Below, one piece after another: positions 22,800 through 37,149 of a stretch of DNA of 64,000 nt. Both the position numbers and the translations under genes were made by a program. How positions within the stretch are numbered: position 1 is the first letter of the stretch; each line of letters opens with the position of its first letter. Source of the stretch: Hypanus sabinus (taxonomy: Eukaryota); contig NW_026778917.1 of the NCBI RefSeq assembly GCF_030144855.1, positions 372,001 to 436,000 on the forward strand, given 5' to 3'. The notes beneath the pieces were generated by a model. The model ran no database searches. It worked only from the letters and a program-made list of their open reading frames with translations, and had not been told where the DNA came from.

Positions 22800-23270
22800 C
22801 TCAACCTAGGTTTGCTCATCACAATGTGCTGATATTGGAGAGGATTCAAAAGGATGTTCACAAAAATGATTCCAGCAATGAAGGGCTTATGAGGACCATT
22901 TGATGGCTCTGGGCCTGTACTCACTGGAATTCAGAAGAATGAGGGGCAGGTGGCTTCATTGAAACTCATCAGATGTTGAAAGTCCTAGAATGTTGAAAGT
23001 GGATGTGAAGAGGATGTTTTCTGTAGCCAGGGAGTTTAGGACCAGAGGATACAGACTCAGAGTAAAGGGACTTCCATTTAGAACAGAGATGAGAAGGAAT
23101 TTCCTTGGCCAAAAGCTGGTGAATCTGTGAAATGCATTACCACAGACAGCTGTAGAAGCCAATTCATTGAGTATATTTAAAGCAGAGGTTGATAGATTCT
23201 TGAGAAGTCGGGGTATGAAAGGGTCTGGGGAGAGGGCTATTGATGTTGAGAGGGAAATGATCAAATTGCA
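22800..23270 (+). mobile_element. CR1 3' fragment
   Basis: ggagaggattcaaaaggatgttcac...tttaaagcagaggttgatagattctt, followed by the CR1 tail. Confidence 0.8.
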
Positions 23271-23849
23271 GAGCAAACGCTATAGTCCGAGTGCTCCTCA
23301 GTCTGCAAATCCTGCCTGCTGCTGTGGACAGAGCGAAGGTGCTCGATGAAGATTCATCTTAGAGTCGGCACAACTTTGTGGGCCGAAGAACCAGTTCTGT
23401 GCTGTGTTCTAAGAGACTGGCAGACGCTGGAAATCTTGAGCAACATACAAAGTGCTGGAGGAACTCGGCAGGTCAGGCAGCATCTTTGGAGGGGAATAAA
23501 CGGTCAATCTTTTGGACCGAGATCATCTGACATCTTAAAACCTTCCAAGCTCCTGAGCTTGCCTCGACCCCACCCCCGCCTGGAACTTGGACCGGGTAGA
23601 ATAAACAGTCCACAAACGACTGTGTGTGGTGGAGACAACCCAGTCAGTCACAAGTAAAGACCACCACCATTAAGCACAACTGCGTCCATCATCAAGGACC
23701 CCTGCAATCCAGGTCTTGCTCTCTTCTTGCCACCATCATTGGGCGGGGGCCTTGGATCCCGCACCACCAAGTTGATGAACAGTTGTGACCCTACCACCAT
23801 CAGGGCTTGAACCGGTGTGGGGAATTTCACTCTCCATGATAAGGCTTGG

Positions 23850-26800
23850 GTCTGTTATGAACCCACAGGTTTTGTTCACTTTAACAGAGGGCCTCAGTGA
23901 GGCAGGACTATGATGTTGTTCACTGACTGACTGGCAGCTTGTTTACCTTTAAAACAAGGACACAGACAGTCACAGTCGGACTCTGCCCTCGGCAGCTCAT
24001 GGAGTAAGGCACGTTTATCGCGGCTCCATCTCTTACAACTTACTTATCACTGTTAGATTTGTTTGAAGATTTATTACCTTTGCTGAAGGATTTACGATTC
24101 AATTACGATGGCTGATACTCTATCTGGAATTGAATTAGGGGTGGCAAAACTCTTCCTGAAGCCGAACAAAGAAATCAGAGGAAGTTTCTACCTCAGAAAG
24201 AATGCTCTCTTTATTAGAAGTTATAAATGTTAAGACTGGTACAGTGGACACCAAGATCGATAAACTGACGAACGCTAATGAAAGCTTGAAAAAACTATTT
24301 TTGTTGTTCAGGAATCTTTGAAGAACCTGGGAAGTCAATATCAGATGCTTAAACAGAGCACTCATAGAATTGAAAGAGAACAGGAGTCAATTACTCAAAC
24401 TATTAAAGAACAAGCATTGAAGATGTCTCTTACGGAAAAGAAAATTAATGAGGTTACTTCGGACTGACCAAGAATTAAGAAGAAAACGATCGATCTGGAA
24501 AGCAGAAGTCGCAGGATGAACTTACGCATACTGGGTTTGCCTGAAAATATGAACCATTAAAGTTCTTTGCGAACATGTTATATTCACTTTTTAGTGAGAT
24601 TCTTGAAGCCTGTCCGATACTGGACAGAGCTCACCGAATTCGACGTCCTAAGCCTTCTGCCTTGTCCTATTATATTATGTCTGCATTATTTTACAACCAA
24701 AGAAGCTATTCTTCGGGATGTAAGGAAAAGGGATAAAATGGAGTAAAGATTCGTATAGTTGAAGATTTTACCCCAGAGATTTATGCTGAAAGCATTAAAT
24801 ATTGGGAAGTGTCGTCCCTCTCTGTGTTATCCGGCCTGTTTGATCATTACTCCTCCTAACTCTCATTCAGAACGGATTGACTCCCCAGAAGATGGCTGGA
24901 AAATCATAAAAGAGTTTAAGTCCATTTCATAAGCAACTTGAATAGTTAATCCTTAGCTGGGAGCTGTTTGTAGCGGCTTCGATGAATGTCCGTTCCATGC
25001 TTTATGAGTGCCCAGACATGGACTTGGCTGATTTACTTAGCTCTGTTGTTGTTTGCTTTAATAGATAATATAGTTTTGGATTTAATATATCTATTTACTT
25101 GTTCTTTCTTTGATATGTAAGTCATTAACATTAGTTGTAGTATATTGGTTGGTTGGGTTTATCGCTTTTTGAATACATGGTTATGCATTTTAAATGAATT
25201 TGTTGGACGGTTTTTGGGTCTTTGGGGGAGAGAGCGGGTCTATTAGATTAGTTTTTTTTCAACTGGGCAGTCCTGAGAGCCACTTTCTTGTTCGATCATC
25301 TTGTTTCACTTTTTGATCGAGTCATCTTTCGTTCTTTTTTGAACTTCGTTTGCACCTGCGCATGAGCTTACTTTATAAAATTTCAAATTAAACTTTAAAT
25401 ATGGATCTTAATAAAATTAATATAATATCTTGGAATCTGAATGGTATGAACCAACCTATTAAGTGCAGAAAGATTTTTAAGAAATTAAAACACTTAATGC
25501 AGATATTATTTTTGCACAGGAGACTCATATTCGTAGGCAGGATGAAAATAATTTTTTTAAATTTTGGAAGGGTCCCTTATATCGTTCTTTATCAGTAAAT
25601 AAAATAAGGGGTATCTATTTTTATTAATTCTAAAATCCCTTTTGTACATTTTAACACTGTTACTGATTTAATTGGAAGATATTTAATTGTCACTGGTCTG
25701 TTATGTGGTCAAAAGGTGGCTTTGGTGTGTGCTTATGCACCTAATATACAGAGCCCTGAATTTTTAAAGAAGCTATTTTCTGAGATGCCGAATTTAAATG
25801 AATATAAGTTGATTATGGACGGTGACATTAACTGCTGTCTCAATCTGTCGATTGACAGATCGTCCACCAATCCATTGCTTCCTAACAAAGCTGCGACCTG
25901 TATTAATTCTTTTCTATTAGAATACAGTCTGGTCGATATTTGGAGATTTATGTAACCTAATGAGAGGGATTTTTCCCCCACCATAAATACTCAAGAATTG
26001 ATTATGTTTTGCTGGACACGCGATTGGTGCCCTCTGTTGCTGATTGTGCATATGATGTCATTGCGATGTCGGATCATGCACCCATGAAATTAACTTTGAA
26101 TTTTTCTGATAATATATTGAAGATACCTCAGTGGAGATTTAATGCTACATTGTTACAAGACTCAACCTTTGTAAGTTTTTATGACAGAATAAAATACAAC
26201 TGAGGGAATGTCAAATTTGGATATTTGGGACATGATGAAATCTTTTCTTAGGGGACAGATAATTTCATACTCAGCAGGTTTAAGAAGAAAAATGGTGGCA
26301 GAACTTTTAGTGATTACTAATAGGATTAAAGAAATAGACAAAAGTTTATTCAGTAATGCCTACTAGTGACGATCTCTATAAGGAAAGGGTGGAACTCCAA
26401 ACACAGCATGACTTGCTTTTGACTTTTCCCATTGAGCAGCAACTTCTTAAATCTAAAAGTCAGTTTTATATACATGGGGACAGGTCAGGCAAATTATTGG
26501 CTGGTCAATTCAAAGCGAATATGGCTAGAAGACAGATCCTGAAAATACAAAAACATGATAGAACTGAAATGGTTGATCCTTATGAAATTAACAAGGTATT
26601 TATGGATTTCTACTCTAACCTTTATAAATCTGAATTTTTGGACAGTATTACTTTTATGAAGAGATTTTTGAAAAAATTGAATATACCTAAAAATTCTATC
26701 CAAGATATGAATACATTAGATGCACCTATTAAACAAGAGGAAGTAGCAGGGGCTATATCCTCTTTCCAACCAGGTAAGGCTCCGGGGCCGGATGGATATA

Positions 26801-27150
26801 CAGTGGAATTTTATAAGACTTTCTTACACCTCATTTTTGTCAAATTTTCACTGATTCTATGTCCTCTGGGAACCTCCCAAAAACTTTTTATGAAGCATCG
26901 ATCTCACTAATTCCTAAAAAAAGAAAAAGATTTATTTGAATGAGCTTCCGAAAGATCAATCTCTTTACTGAATGTGGATTTTAAAATTCTTTCTAAGATT
27001 TTGGCTAATAGACAAGAGTATTTTTCCTAGTGTTATTTCCAATGATCAAGCTGGATTTATTAAGAATAAGTATTCACATTTTAACATTCAAAGATAAAAT
27101 AATTGTTTCTCGAATATTTTTTGTGAACATGTGAAAAAAAGAATAATCTC
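23850..27150 (+). mobile_element. L1-clade LINE with 5' UTR, ORF1 and ORF2 (3'-truncated, decayed)
   Basis: ORF1 remnants DLESRSRRMNLRILGLPEN and LDRAHR (~24105-24930). ORF2 APE start IISWNLNGMNQPIKCRKIF at 25401, plus SDH and PGKAPGPDGYTVEFYK. Confidence 0.85.
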
Positions 27151-27329
27151 TATCATTAGGATATGTCTCCGAACTTCAACCAGGCCAAAATCAATTAAAA
27201 GAGAGTTAATAAGTGATGCAGAACAACTCGGAAGTCACTCATTGGTTGAACTCTTGTCAATCAAAGGATTTAAACTGTTGAAATCACCACCCATTAACAA
27301 CATATATTCATTTAAATCTGGCAATAAAG

Positions 27330-29880
27330 CAAATACATTTTTTAAAAAGAAGGTTCATCTACATTAGGTCCATATAGGTTAACCAGAACACTTTTTCTAT
27401 TACAAATTGTTCCTTTAACAATTAAAAATCTACCATTAATATCTGACACAATGTCTTCTTGGATAAATAAAATACTAGATTTAATAAAAATAGATACTCC
27501 CTTTGTTTTATTTTGACAAGTAGCATGAAATTGAAGGCCCTTCCACATTTTAAAAAAACCTATTTTGATATGCGTTTCTTGAGCAAAAGTTATATCGGGT
27601 TGGAATTGATTAATAATTTAAAAAGTCTTCTTTTGCTTAATAGGATGATTCCAATCACGTACATTTCAACTTATAACATTTATCTGTTTAGTCCCCATAA
27701 AGAAATATTATTTTATTTAACACATAAATACACACATACCAGCACGGGCTAATCAAAACTGGCGGTGATAAGTATAAGCATATACAAAACATGCATGCTC
27801 CGGAACTCTGTAATGGGAAAAAAATACAAAAAAGAAAACTAAAATTAATCTTACAATTAATCCTATAACTCAAAACTAACCCCAATCCTCCCACCACCCC
27901 CAAAAGCCCGAAATTCAGCAAAAAAAAGCCGAAATGTATCCCCATAGAGTAAAAAAGAGAGAGATTCCTTGAGCTGCCCATTTATAATAGTGGTTTTAGA
28001 AGCTTTCCTTAATTCCTCCCCCCAGTTACAAAGAAATACAAACGTACATACAGCCCTAAAATCGAAAAGCCCTGCAGAGGAAAAAATATTTTGCTAAACA
28101 TAAAAAGCCAAATACTACGGAGCAACACACCACCATGTCAAGTCAAGTTAATTGGTTCTTCTGCCCACTTACAGGCCTTGCTTCTAACGGATACATACCC
28201 AATTTAAATATCAATTTACTTTGATGCCTTCCATTGCTTTACAGTGTGCTGGAACAATGGACACTGGTGAGGCTGAGTAATTATTAAAACATGGTACGGG
28301 TTCCCAGCAGAAATGGCTAATACAAGAGGGCACAATTTTACAGTGATTAGAGGAAAGTATAGGGATCTCAGAGATGTTTATTTTTAGTCATAGACCAGTG
28401 GGTGCGTGGAAAGATCTGCCATGGGTAGCCATAGAGGCAGACACAGTAAGGACATTTGAGAGACTCCTAGATAGGCTCATGATGAAAGACGAATGGAATT
28501 CTCTACAGGACAGAAGCATTAGGTCAATCATGGAGTAGATTGAAAGGTGAGTAGAACCTCATGGGCCAAAAGGTCTGGACTGTGCAGTATTTCTCTACAA
28601 CATCTGGCTCCCCGCATTCAGCATAAAAGTTCAGAGGAAAAAAGTGTTTATACTTAATCCTTAAAAACACGCTGGGGAATGCAGAAACAATCTCCAAAAA
28701 CGTCAAAACAATAAAATTAAACAATGAGAAAAATGCCTAATTTATCTCTAGTGAAGAAAATCAGCACCATTCTTCATTTAACTGACACGCCCAATGAAAA
28801 ACTGTTTTTAGAAAAAACTAAATATCTATATACTAAGCACTCACAACTATGTATATGTAAGAAAAAGTCCTTATGAACTATGGGAACTATCACTTAATTA
28901 ATGAAAAACAAAAGGAGGATAAAAACAAATAATCAAACAATCTGTCCGTTGTGTTAATTCACTCAGTGGTGCAAGCAGATTTCAGAAAAGTCATTCATCA
29001 TTCTTAAATGATCGATGGATCAAAGGACATCTTAATCAAATCAGAAATCTTCAAAGCTTATCTTCTTTCCGAAATGACAATTATTTAGCACACCTAAAAC
29101 CATTCCAACCTCGGCTACAACCAAAATAGAGTTAATATAGTCCAATGCCTGTTTGGGCTCCAGAAAAACATGTGGAGTCGAATCTTTGAGAAATAATTTT
29201 AATCAGGCTGGATATTGAAGTGATGGGAATAATCCCTTCTCATAGGCTATCTTCATGGTTGGAACGAATTTAGACCGTAGGTCCATAACTTCCCGTGGAT
29301 AATCTTCATAAAAATGGATCTCAGAACCATTAAATTTAAAAGCTCTGTGTTTCCTTGCATATTTTATGATTTGGTCTTTAACTTTGAAATGAAGGAAGCA
29401 GACCAAAACTGGTCTCAGATCCCGAGATTTTGAGGTGAAAGTTCTATGCACTCTTTCGATATCGGGAGATTGAGGTAAAATATCCGACAACAGAGATTGA
29501 AACAAGTTATCAAAGTAGCCTAATAAATCCCCACTCTCAGATCCTTCCTTCAGTCCAACAATTCGAATATTATTCTGACGGGTTCTTGCTTCCAAATCGA
29601 TAATCTTATGTTGAGACTTTTCCAAGCGAGCTGAGATATCCACTATTTGACGCTTCACCTCTTTAAGTTCAGAATCAAGGGAAATAATATTTTCCTGCAC
29701 ACATTGAAAACTCTCTAGTAACAACTTGATCTCAGAAGAGGTAGCATCAAGTTTTACCATATTGTTGTCTATTTTCTTGTCGAGAACCATCAGCGAACGT
29801 TCTAGATGCTCAACCCAAGCCAGTATTTCCTGATTTTTTCCGCCCTTTCCATTGCTGGATTCAGGAAGCTGCTTTCCACT
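27330..29880 (-). mobile_element. L1-clade LINE 5' part (ORF1 and APE start)
   Basis: ORF 29203-29922 contains DLEARTRQNNIRIVGLKEG and IERVHR; APE KTKGVSIFIK...DINGRFLIVKG at 27342-27548; CR1 tail nested at ~28240-28560. Confidence 0.85.
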
Positions 29881-32800
29881 TCTTTTTTTGTAATTTATTT
29901 TTTTATTGAAGTTCATCATCAAACAAACATTTTCATAAGATGTATTTCAGACATTGTACGTATATATCATACATATTACAAATCTCCACAAAGTATTTAT
30001 CTGAGGTACACACTTATAGAAAAGAGTGGAGAGAAAAAACAAGCAAAAGGAGAAAAAAACTATGTACAAGTAGGGAGTGATCTTTTTTTTTACAACATAT
30101 TCATTGATTTGTGAGAATAAAATCAGGCCTATGAGTCATTATGTAGTTAAACCATTTTTCCCAGTATGAATCAAATTGTTCCAGTTTATGGTTAACAATG
30201 CTGTTATCTTTTCCATTTTAGAAACATAGGAAATAGGTGCAGGAGTAGGACATTCGGCCCTTAGAGCCTGCACCGCCATTCAGTATGATCATGGCTGATC
30301 ATCCAACTCAGAACCCTCTACCTGCTTTCTCTTCATATCCCCTGATCCCTTTAGCCCCAAGGGCCATATCTAACTTCCTCTTAAATATAGCCAATGAACC
30401 GACCTCAACTGTTTCCTGTGGCAGAGAATTCCACAGATTCACCACTCTCTGTGTGAAGAAGTTTTTCCTTATCTCGGTCCTAAAAGGCTTCCCCTTTATC
30501 CTTAAACTGTGACCCCTCATTCTGGACTTCCCCAACATCGGAATCAATCTTCCTGCATCTACCTATCCAATCCCTTTAGAATTTTATACATTTCAATAAG
30601 ATCCTCCCTCAATCTTCTAAATTCCAGTGTGTTTTTTGTAAATTTTGTAGATTTTGACATTTGGTAAATGTCCATTGTAATTTCCATCCATGTATTTAAA
30701 GTTGGGCTCTCCTGTGATAACCATTTCCTAGTAAGAGTCTTTTTACCAGCCACCAGCAGTATATTCATTAAATATTTATCTCTTTTCAACCATTCTTGAG
30801 TTATATATCCAAAATATATGGTCTTACTCTCTAAGGGTATTTCACATTTAAAAATTGTATATCCCACTCCAATAGTTTTTGATAACAGGGCAGTCCCAAA
30901 AAATATGATAATAATTTGCATTTTGATTTCCACAATTTCTTCAGCAAACAGGGAGGTTACTATCATAATGGGATTTCTGAGAGGGTGTAATAAAATATCT
31001 TATCAAGTTTTTCCATCCAAACTCCCTGCATTTCTGTGAACTGGTACCCTTCCATTGATATCTCCCTATTGTTGTCCATTCTTCCTCAGATCTAATTATC
31101 CCTCCTTCCTTCTCCCATTTTGTTTTAATGTATGAAGTCAAATGTGTTTTAAGATTTGACAACCCCTTATACATGTTTTAAATGATTCTACTACCATTAT
31201 CTGAATTATATGCTTTTCTAAATAGCTCTATCAAGCATGTACTTGCCTTGGTTACATTTTTAAGTGTCTTAATAACATATTGTCACATTTGTAAATACCG
31301 ATGAAAATTTTGTTTTTCTAATAAGTGTTTCTCTTTAAGCATTTCAAAACTGAAGTGTTCCTTCTTTCATTATGTTGCAAAGAACTGTTATCCTTTTAGC
31401 TGTCCTGTCCTTAAATCTAGCATCCAGTTTATTTGGAGTAAAATCCGAGTCATATGCACACCATTTAAGAATTGCAATATCTCCTTCTAGATTCTATTCT
31501 TTTATAGTAGTTTTCCATATTTTAAGTCCATTTTACCCATGGGTTTTCAATAGTGTTTATGTACCTTTGCAGGCTGTTATCAGACAAAATTGCTTGTATG
31601 GGGATGGGAAGTACCCGCTCCTCAATGTTTTTCCATTGAGCATCATATGATGGGTTGCACCAACATATCACAGCTCTCAACTGTGCTGCAAAATAATAAT
31701 CTCTAAGAAGAGGTAGGCCCCATTCCCCCTTTTCCTTTGCTAATTACAAAGTTTTGAGATGAACTCTAGGCCTTTTACCCTGCCAAATATACCTTGATAA
31801 CATCTTGTTCCATTCATTGAATTGATTTTGATTAATCTCTATTGGTAGGGTCTGAAAGAGATATAACAGTCTGGGCAGTATATTCATTTTAATAGACTCA
31901 ATCCTTGAACTGAGACTGAAAAAAAGAATCAGGTTCCATCTTGCCACATCTTCCTTAATTTTTTATATAAAGGCTGATAATTATATTCTGATAATTTTGC
32001 CAAATCTTTTGGCATAATGATGCCCAAATACTGGAAAGACTGTGTGCCATGCCCAAGGATATCTACTTTCAATTTCTCTTGGTGAGCTATAGTAATATGA
32101 CAGTAATTGGGTTTTATCTTCGTTGATCTTGTATCCTGATAATTGACCATATTGTTCAAAGGATTGCATCAATTTAGGTAAAGAGTATGTTGGTTGCCCT
32201 AGATAGATCAAAATGTCATCTGTGTGCAAGCCAATTTATGCTCTGTCCCTTTAATAGTAATTCCCCTGATATCTTCATTTTGTCTGATGTATTGAGCTAA
32301 TGGTTCCAAATAAAACGCGAAGAGTAGCAGTGACCATGCACAACCCTGACTCATGCCCCTTTCTAGGCTAAGACTATTTGATACATATCCATTTATTTTA
32401 ATCCTAGCAGTAGGGTTGTCATCTAGTGTCAGTATAGTTTTAATAATTGTGTCTTGGGAACCAAATCTATGCAAAGAAAATTCCAATTAACTGAATCAAA
32501 TGCCTTTTCAGCATCCACGCTTATCAGTATTGCTTCGATTTTATTTTTCTGTATATGATCCATAATGTGAAATGACCTTTGTATATTGTCTCAAGTCTGG
32601 CGTTGTATAAAACCTGTCTGATCGTTATGTATCAGTATGGGTAGAAACTCCTCTAATTGTTTGGTCAGGATGGAGGTAAGTATTCTATAATTTACATTAA
32701 GAACGGATATTGCTCTAAATGACCCACATTCCATTTTATCCTTGCCTTCTTTCGGTATAGCTGAGATTATCATTTCCTTCCAACTGGGTGGCATTTGTGC

Positions 32801-32915
32801 CTTTTTTAGAGCCCAGTTCAGTGTGGGGAGTAAAACAGGAATTAAATCATTTTTAAATTCTTTATACCACTCTGCGGTATACTCATCCGATCCTGGTGAC
32901 TTGCTTAATTTAACA
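29880..32915 (-). mobile_element. L1-clade LINE 3' part (RT to poly-A) with nested CR1
   Basis: T-rich (poly-A) tail at ~29881-29905; RT motifs [19 protein letters not shown] and DDILIYL; C-terminal KMNILPRLLYLFQ. Confidence 0.85.
30225..30630 (-). mobile_element. CR1 3' fragment nested in L1
   Basis: RGHSLRIKGKPFRTEIRKNFFTQRVVNLWNSLP; tail near-identical to 33500-33900. Confidence 0.9.
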
Positions 32916-33500
32916 TAGAACATAGAACATCAGCCCGCAATGTTGTGCTGACCCTCAAACCCTGCCTCACATATAACCCCCCACCTTAAATTCCTCCATA
33001 TACTTGTCTAGTAGTCTCTTAAACTTCACTAGTGTGTCTGCCTCCACCACTGACTCAGGCAGTGCATTCCACGCACCAACCACTCTCTGAGTGAAAAACA
33101 TTCCTCTAATATCCCCCTTGAACTTCCCTCCCCTTACCTTAAAGCCATGTCCTCTTGTACTGAGCAGTGGTGCCCTGGGGAAGAGGCGCTGGCTATCCAC
33201 TCTGTCTATTCCTCTTAATAACTTGTACACCTCTATCATGTCTCCTCTCATCCTCCTTCTCTCCAACGAGTAAAGCCCTAGCTCCCTTAATCTCTGATCA
33301 TAATCCATACTCTCTAAACCAGGCAGCATCCTGGTAAATGTCCTCTGTACCCTTTCCAATGCTTCTGTATCCTTCCTATAGTGAGGCGACCAGAACTGGA
33401 CACAGTACTCCAAGTGTGGCCTAACAAGAATTTTATTGAGCTGCATCATTACATCGTGTCTCTTAAACTCTATCCCTCGACTTATGAAAGCTAACACATA
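32915..33500 (-). mobile_element. CR1 3' fragment
   Basis: LVRPHLEYCVQFWSPHYRKD...FFTQRVVGAWNALP; aacatagaacatagaacat tail. Confidence 0.9.
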
Positions 33501-34240
33501 AAAACATAGAAAATAGGTGCAGGAGCAGGACATTCGGCCCTTTGAGCCTGCACCGCCATTCAGTATGATCATGGCTGATCATCCAACTCAGAACCCTGTA
33601 CCTGCTTTCTCTCCATACCCCCGATCCCTTTAGCCACAAGGGCCATATCTAACTTCCTCTTAAATATAGCCAATGAACCGGCCTCAACTGTTTACTGTGG
33701 CAGAGAATTCCACAGATTCACCACTCTCTGTGTGAAGAAGATTTTCCACATCTCGGTCCTAAAAGGCTTCCCCTTTATCCTTAAACTGTGACCCCTCGTT
33801 TTGGACGTCCCCAGCATTGGAAACAATCTTCCTGCATCTAGCCTGTCCAATCCCTTTAGAATTTTATACGTTTCAATAAGATCCCCATCAATCTTCTAAA
33901 TTCTAGTGAGTATAAGCCTAGTCGATCCAGTCTTTCTTCACATGAAAGTCCTGCCATCCCAGGAATCGATCTGGTGCACCTTCTTTGTACTCCCTCTATG
34001 GCAAGAATGTCTTTCCTCAGATTAGGGGACCAAAACTGCACACAATATTCTAGGTGCGGTCTCACCAAGGCCTTGTACAACAGCAGTAGAACCTCCCTGC
34101 TCCTGTACTCAAATCCTTTTGCTATGAATGCCAACATACCATTTGCCTTTTTCACCGCCTGCTGTACCTGCATGCCCACCTTCAATGACTGGTGTACAAT
34201 GACACCCAGGTCTCGTTCTTCCTCATTGCCGGTTTCACCG
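33500..34240 (-). mobile_element. CR1 3' fragment (second subfamily)
   Basis: QAVKKANGMLAFI...PHLEYCVQFWSP. Confidence 0.9.
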
Positions 34241-34249
34241 TCGAGAGTT

Positions 34250-34745
34250 TCAACCATCTTGCAATATCCAACAATTCCTAATTGTATGTAGTGTATTTAC
34301 AGAAAACTCATTTAAGTGATAATGAGCAGTGAATGGGCTTCACTAATTTGTTTTTCTCCTCATATAAATCAGGACCTAGGAGAGGAGTTGCTATTCTTAT
34401 CTAAATTTTGATAAGTTAAATTTTGAAAAAGTATTTGAAATGGGAGATAAAGAGGGCAGATATATTCTGGTAAGGGGGAATATGGATGAAAATTCAGTTA
34501 CTCTATTGAATATATACGCACCCCTGGGAAGTGATATTGGTTTCTTTCAGAAAATTACTGATATTATGGTAACAGAAAGAGAAGGTCTCCGGATATGTGG
34601 GGGAGACTTAAATTTACAATTACAACCAAACTTAGACTCTTCCAATAGAAAAAGCAATGAAAGAAAATCTTTACGTAAGAAAGTTAATACACTTTTTGAG
34701 GATTTTGGTTTAATTGATATATGGAGGGACCTTTTCCCCGATTGA
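34250..34745 (+). mobile_element. L1-type AP endonuclease fragment
   Basis: DKEGRYILVRG...TLLNIYAP...GGDLN...GLIDIWR. Confidence 0.75.
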
Positions 34746-36990
34746 AGTTTTTATCGGCAATTTGAGAAGGATAAGGGCAGATCCGAGGTGTCAGTGTTGC
34801 AGTTGAACAAAGGAGACTATGGAGCCATGAGGGAGGAGCTGGCCAAAGTTAACTGGACGGATAGCCTAGCAGAAAAGACAGTGGAACTGCAATGGCAGGT
34901 ATTCTTGGGAATAACGCACAAGGTGCAAAATCAGTTCAACCCCCAGAGAAGGAAGGATTCAAAGGGGGGAAAGAGGCCACAGTGGTTGACCAAGGAAGTC
35001 AGAGATTGCATAGCATTAAAAAAAAAGGAAATATGACAGAGCTAAGGTGAGTGGGAGGACAGATGATTGGGAAATTTTTAAGGAGCTACAGAATTTAACT
35101 AAAAAGGCAATAAGGGGAGAAAAAATGAGGTACGAACGCAAGCTAGCCAGGAATATAAAGGAGGATAGCAAAAGCTTATTTAGGTATGTGAAGAGAAAGA
35201 AGATAGTTAAGAACAATGTTGGGCCCTTGAAGAATGAATTGGGTGAAATTGATATGGAAAACAGAGAAATGGCAGAAGAATTTAATAAGTACTTTAGATC
35301 TGTCTTCACTAGGGAAGACACAAGCAATCTCCCAAATATATGGATGGGCCAAGGACATAGGGTAACAGAGGAAATGAAACAGATTGACATTAGGAAGGAA
35401 ACAGTGATGAGTAGACTGATGGGACTGAAGGCTGACAAATCCCCAGGTCCAGATGGTCTGCATCCTAGGGTACTAAAGGAGGTGGCCCTGGAAATTGTGG
35501 ATGCATTGGTAATCATTTTCCAATGTTCCTTAGATTCAGGATCAGTTCCTGAGGATTGGAGAATGGCTAATGTTATCCCATTTTTTTAAGAAAGGAGGGA
35601 GGGAGAAAACAGAGAACTATCGTCCTGTCAGCCTAACATCAGTAGTGGGGAAGATGCTAGAGTCCATTATTAAAGATGAAATAGTGGCATATCTAGATAG
35701 CAGTGATAGGATTGGGCCGAGCCAGCATGGATTTACCAAGGGTAAATCATGCTTGACTAATCTATTGGAGTTTTTTGAGGATGTAACCAGGAAGTTAAAC
35801 AAGGGAGATCCAGTGGATGTTGTGTATCTTGATTTTCAGAAGCATTTGATTGGTGGGTAAAATCAGAGCTCATGGCATTGGGGGGAAGATATTGACATGG
35901 ATAGAAAACTGGTTGGCAGATAGAAAGCAAAGGGTAGCGGTGAATGGGTGTTTCTCGGAATGGCAGGTGGTGACTAATGGGGTGCCACAGGACTCGGTAT
36001 TGGGACCACAGTTGTTTACGATTTACAGCAATGATTTAGATGAAGGCATTGAGAATAACATCAGCAAGTTTGCTGACGATACTAAGCTGGGTGGCAGTGT
36101 GACATGTGATGAGGATGTTAGGAGAATTCAGGGTGACTTGGATAGGCTGAGTGAGTGGGCAGATACTTGGCAGATGATGCTTAATGTGAATAAGTGTGAG
36201 GTAATCCTCTTTGGGAGTAAGAACAGGAAGGCAGATTATTATCTGAACGGTGTAGAGTTAGGTAAGGGAGAAATACAAAGAGATCTAGGAGTCCTTGTTC
36301 ATCAGTCACTGAAGGTGAATGAGCAAGTGCAGCAGGCAGTGAAGAAGGCTAACGGAATGTTGGCCTTTATTACAAAGGGAATTGTGTACAAGAGCAAGGA
36401 AATCGTTTTGCATTTGTACAGAGCCCTGGTGAGACCACACCTGGAGTATTATGTGCAGTTTTGGTCTCCAGGGTTAAGGAAGGACACCCTGGCTGTAGAG
36501 GAAGTGCAGCGTAGATTCACGAGGTTAATTCCTGGGATGTCCGGACTGTCTTACGCAGAGAGGTTAGAGAGATTGGGCTTGTACACGCTGGAATTAAGGA
36601 GATTGAGAGGGGATCTGATTGCAACAGATAAGATTATTAAGGGATTGGACAAGATAGAGGCAGGAAATATGTTCCAGATGCTGGGAGAGTCCAGTACCAG
36701 AGGGCATGGTTTGAGAATAAGGGGTAGGTCATTTAGGACAGAGTTAAGGAAAAACTTCTTCTCCCAGAGAGTTGTGGGGGTCTGGAATGCACTGCCTCGG
36801 AAAGCAGTGGAGGCCAATTCTCTGGATGCTTTCAAGAAGGAGCTAGATAGGTATCTTATGGATAGGGGAATCAAGGGATATGGGGACAAGGTAGGAACCA
36901 GGTATTGATAGTCGATGACCAGCCATGAACTCAGAATGGCGGTGCAGGCTCAAAGGGCTGAATGGTCTATTTCTGCACCTATTGTCTATT
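34745..36990 (+). mobile_element. CR1 LINE ORF2, long and relatively young (few frameshifts)
   Basis: ORFs 35047-35589, 35570-35860 and 35850-36908 carry KSPGPDG, NYRPVSLTS and FADD; ctattgtctatt tail. Confidence 0.95.
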
Positions 36991-37149
36991 GTCTATTACA
37001 CTTCTATCCCATGCACGGGATCCAAACATTCCAAGCCCAGATTTCCAGAATGAAGAGAGGAAGTAGGCCACTCGGCCCTTCCAACTTGCACCTGTACTCA
37101 GTATGATCTTCCCGGGCCTCCTGTCCTGCCAACTGCTTGTCACGCTCAA

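Noticed and set aside
23257-23610. Possible downstream exons for the plus-strand transcript starting near 11509 (SKRYSP...; APELASTPPPPGTWTG* followed by AATAAA)
   Set aside because: Phases happen to fit, but the splice sites are weak and the first piece overlaps a CR1 tail; probably coincidence.
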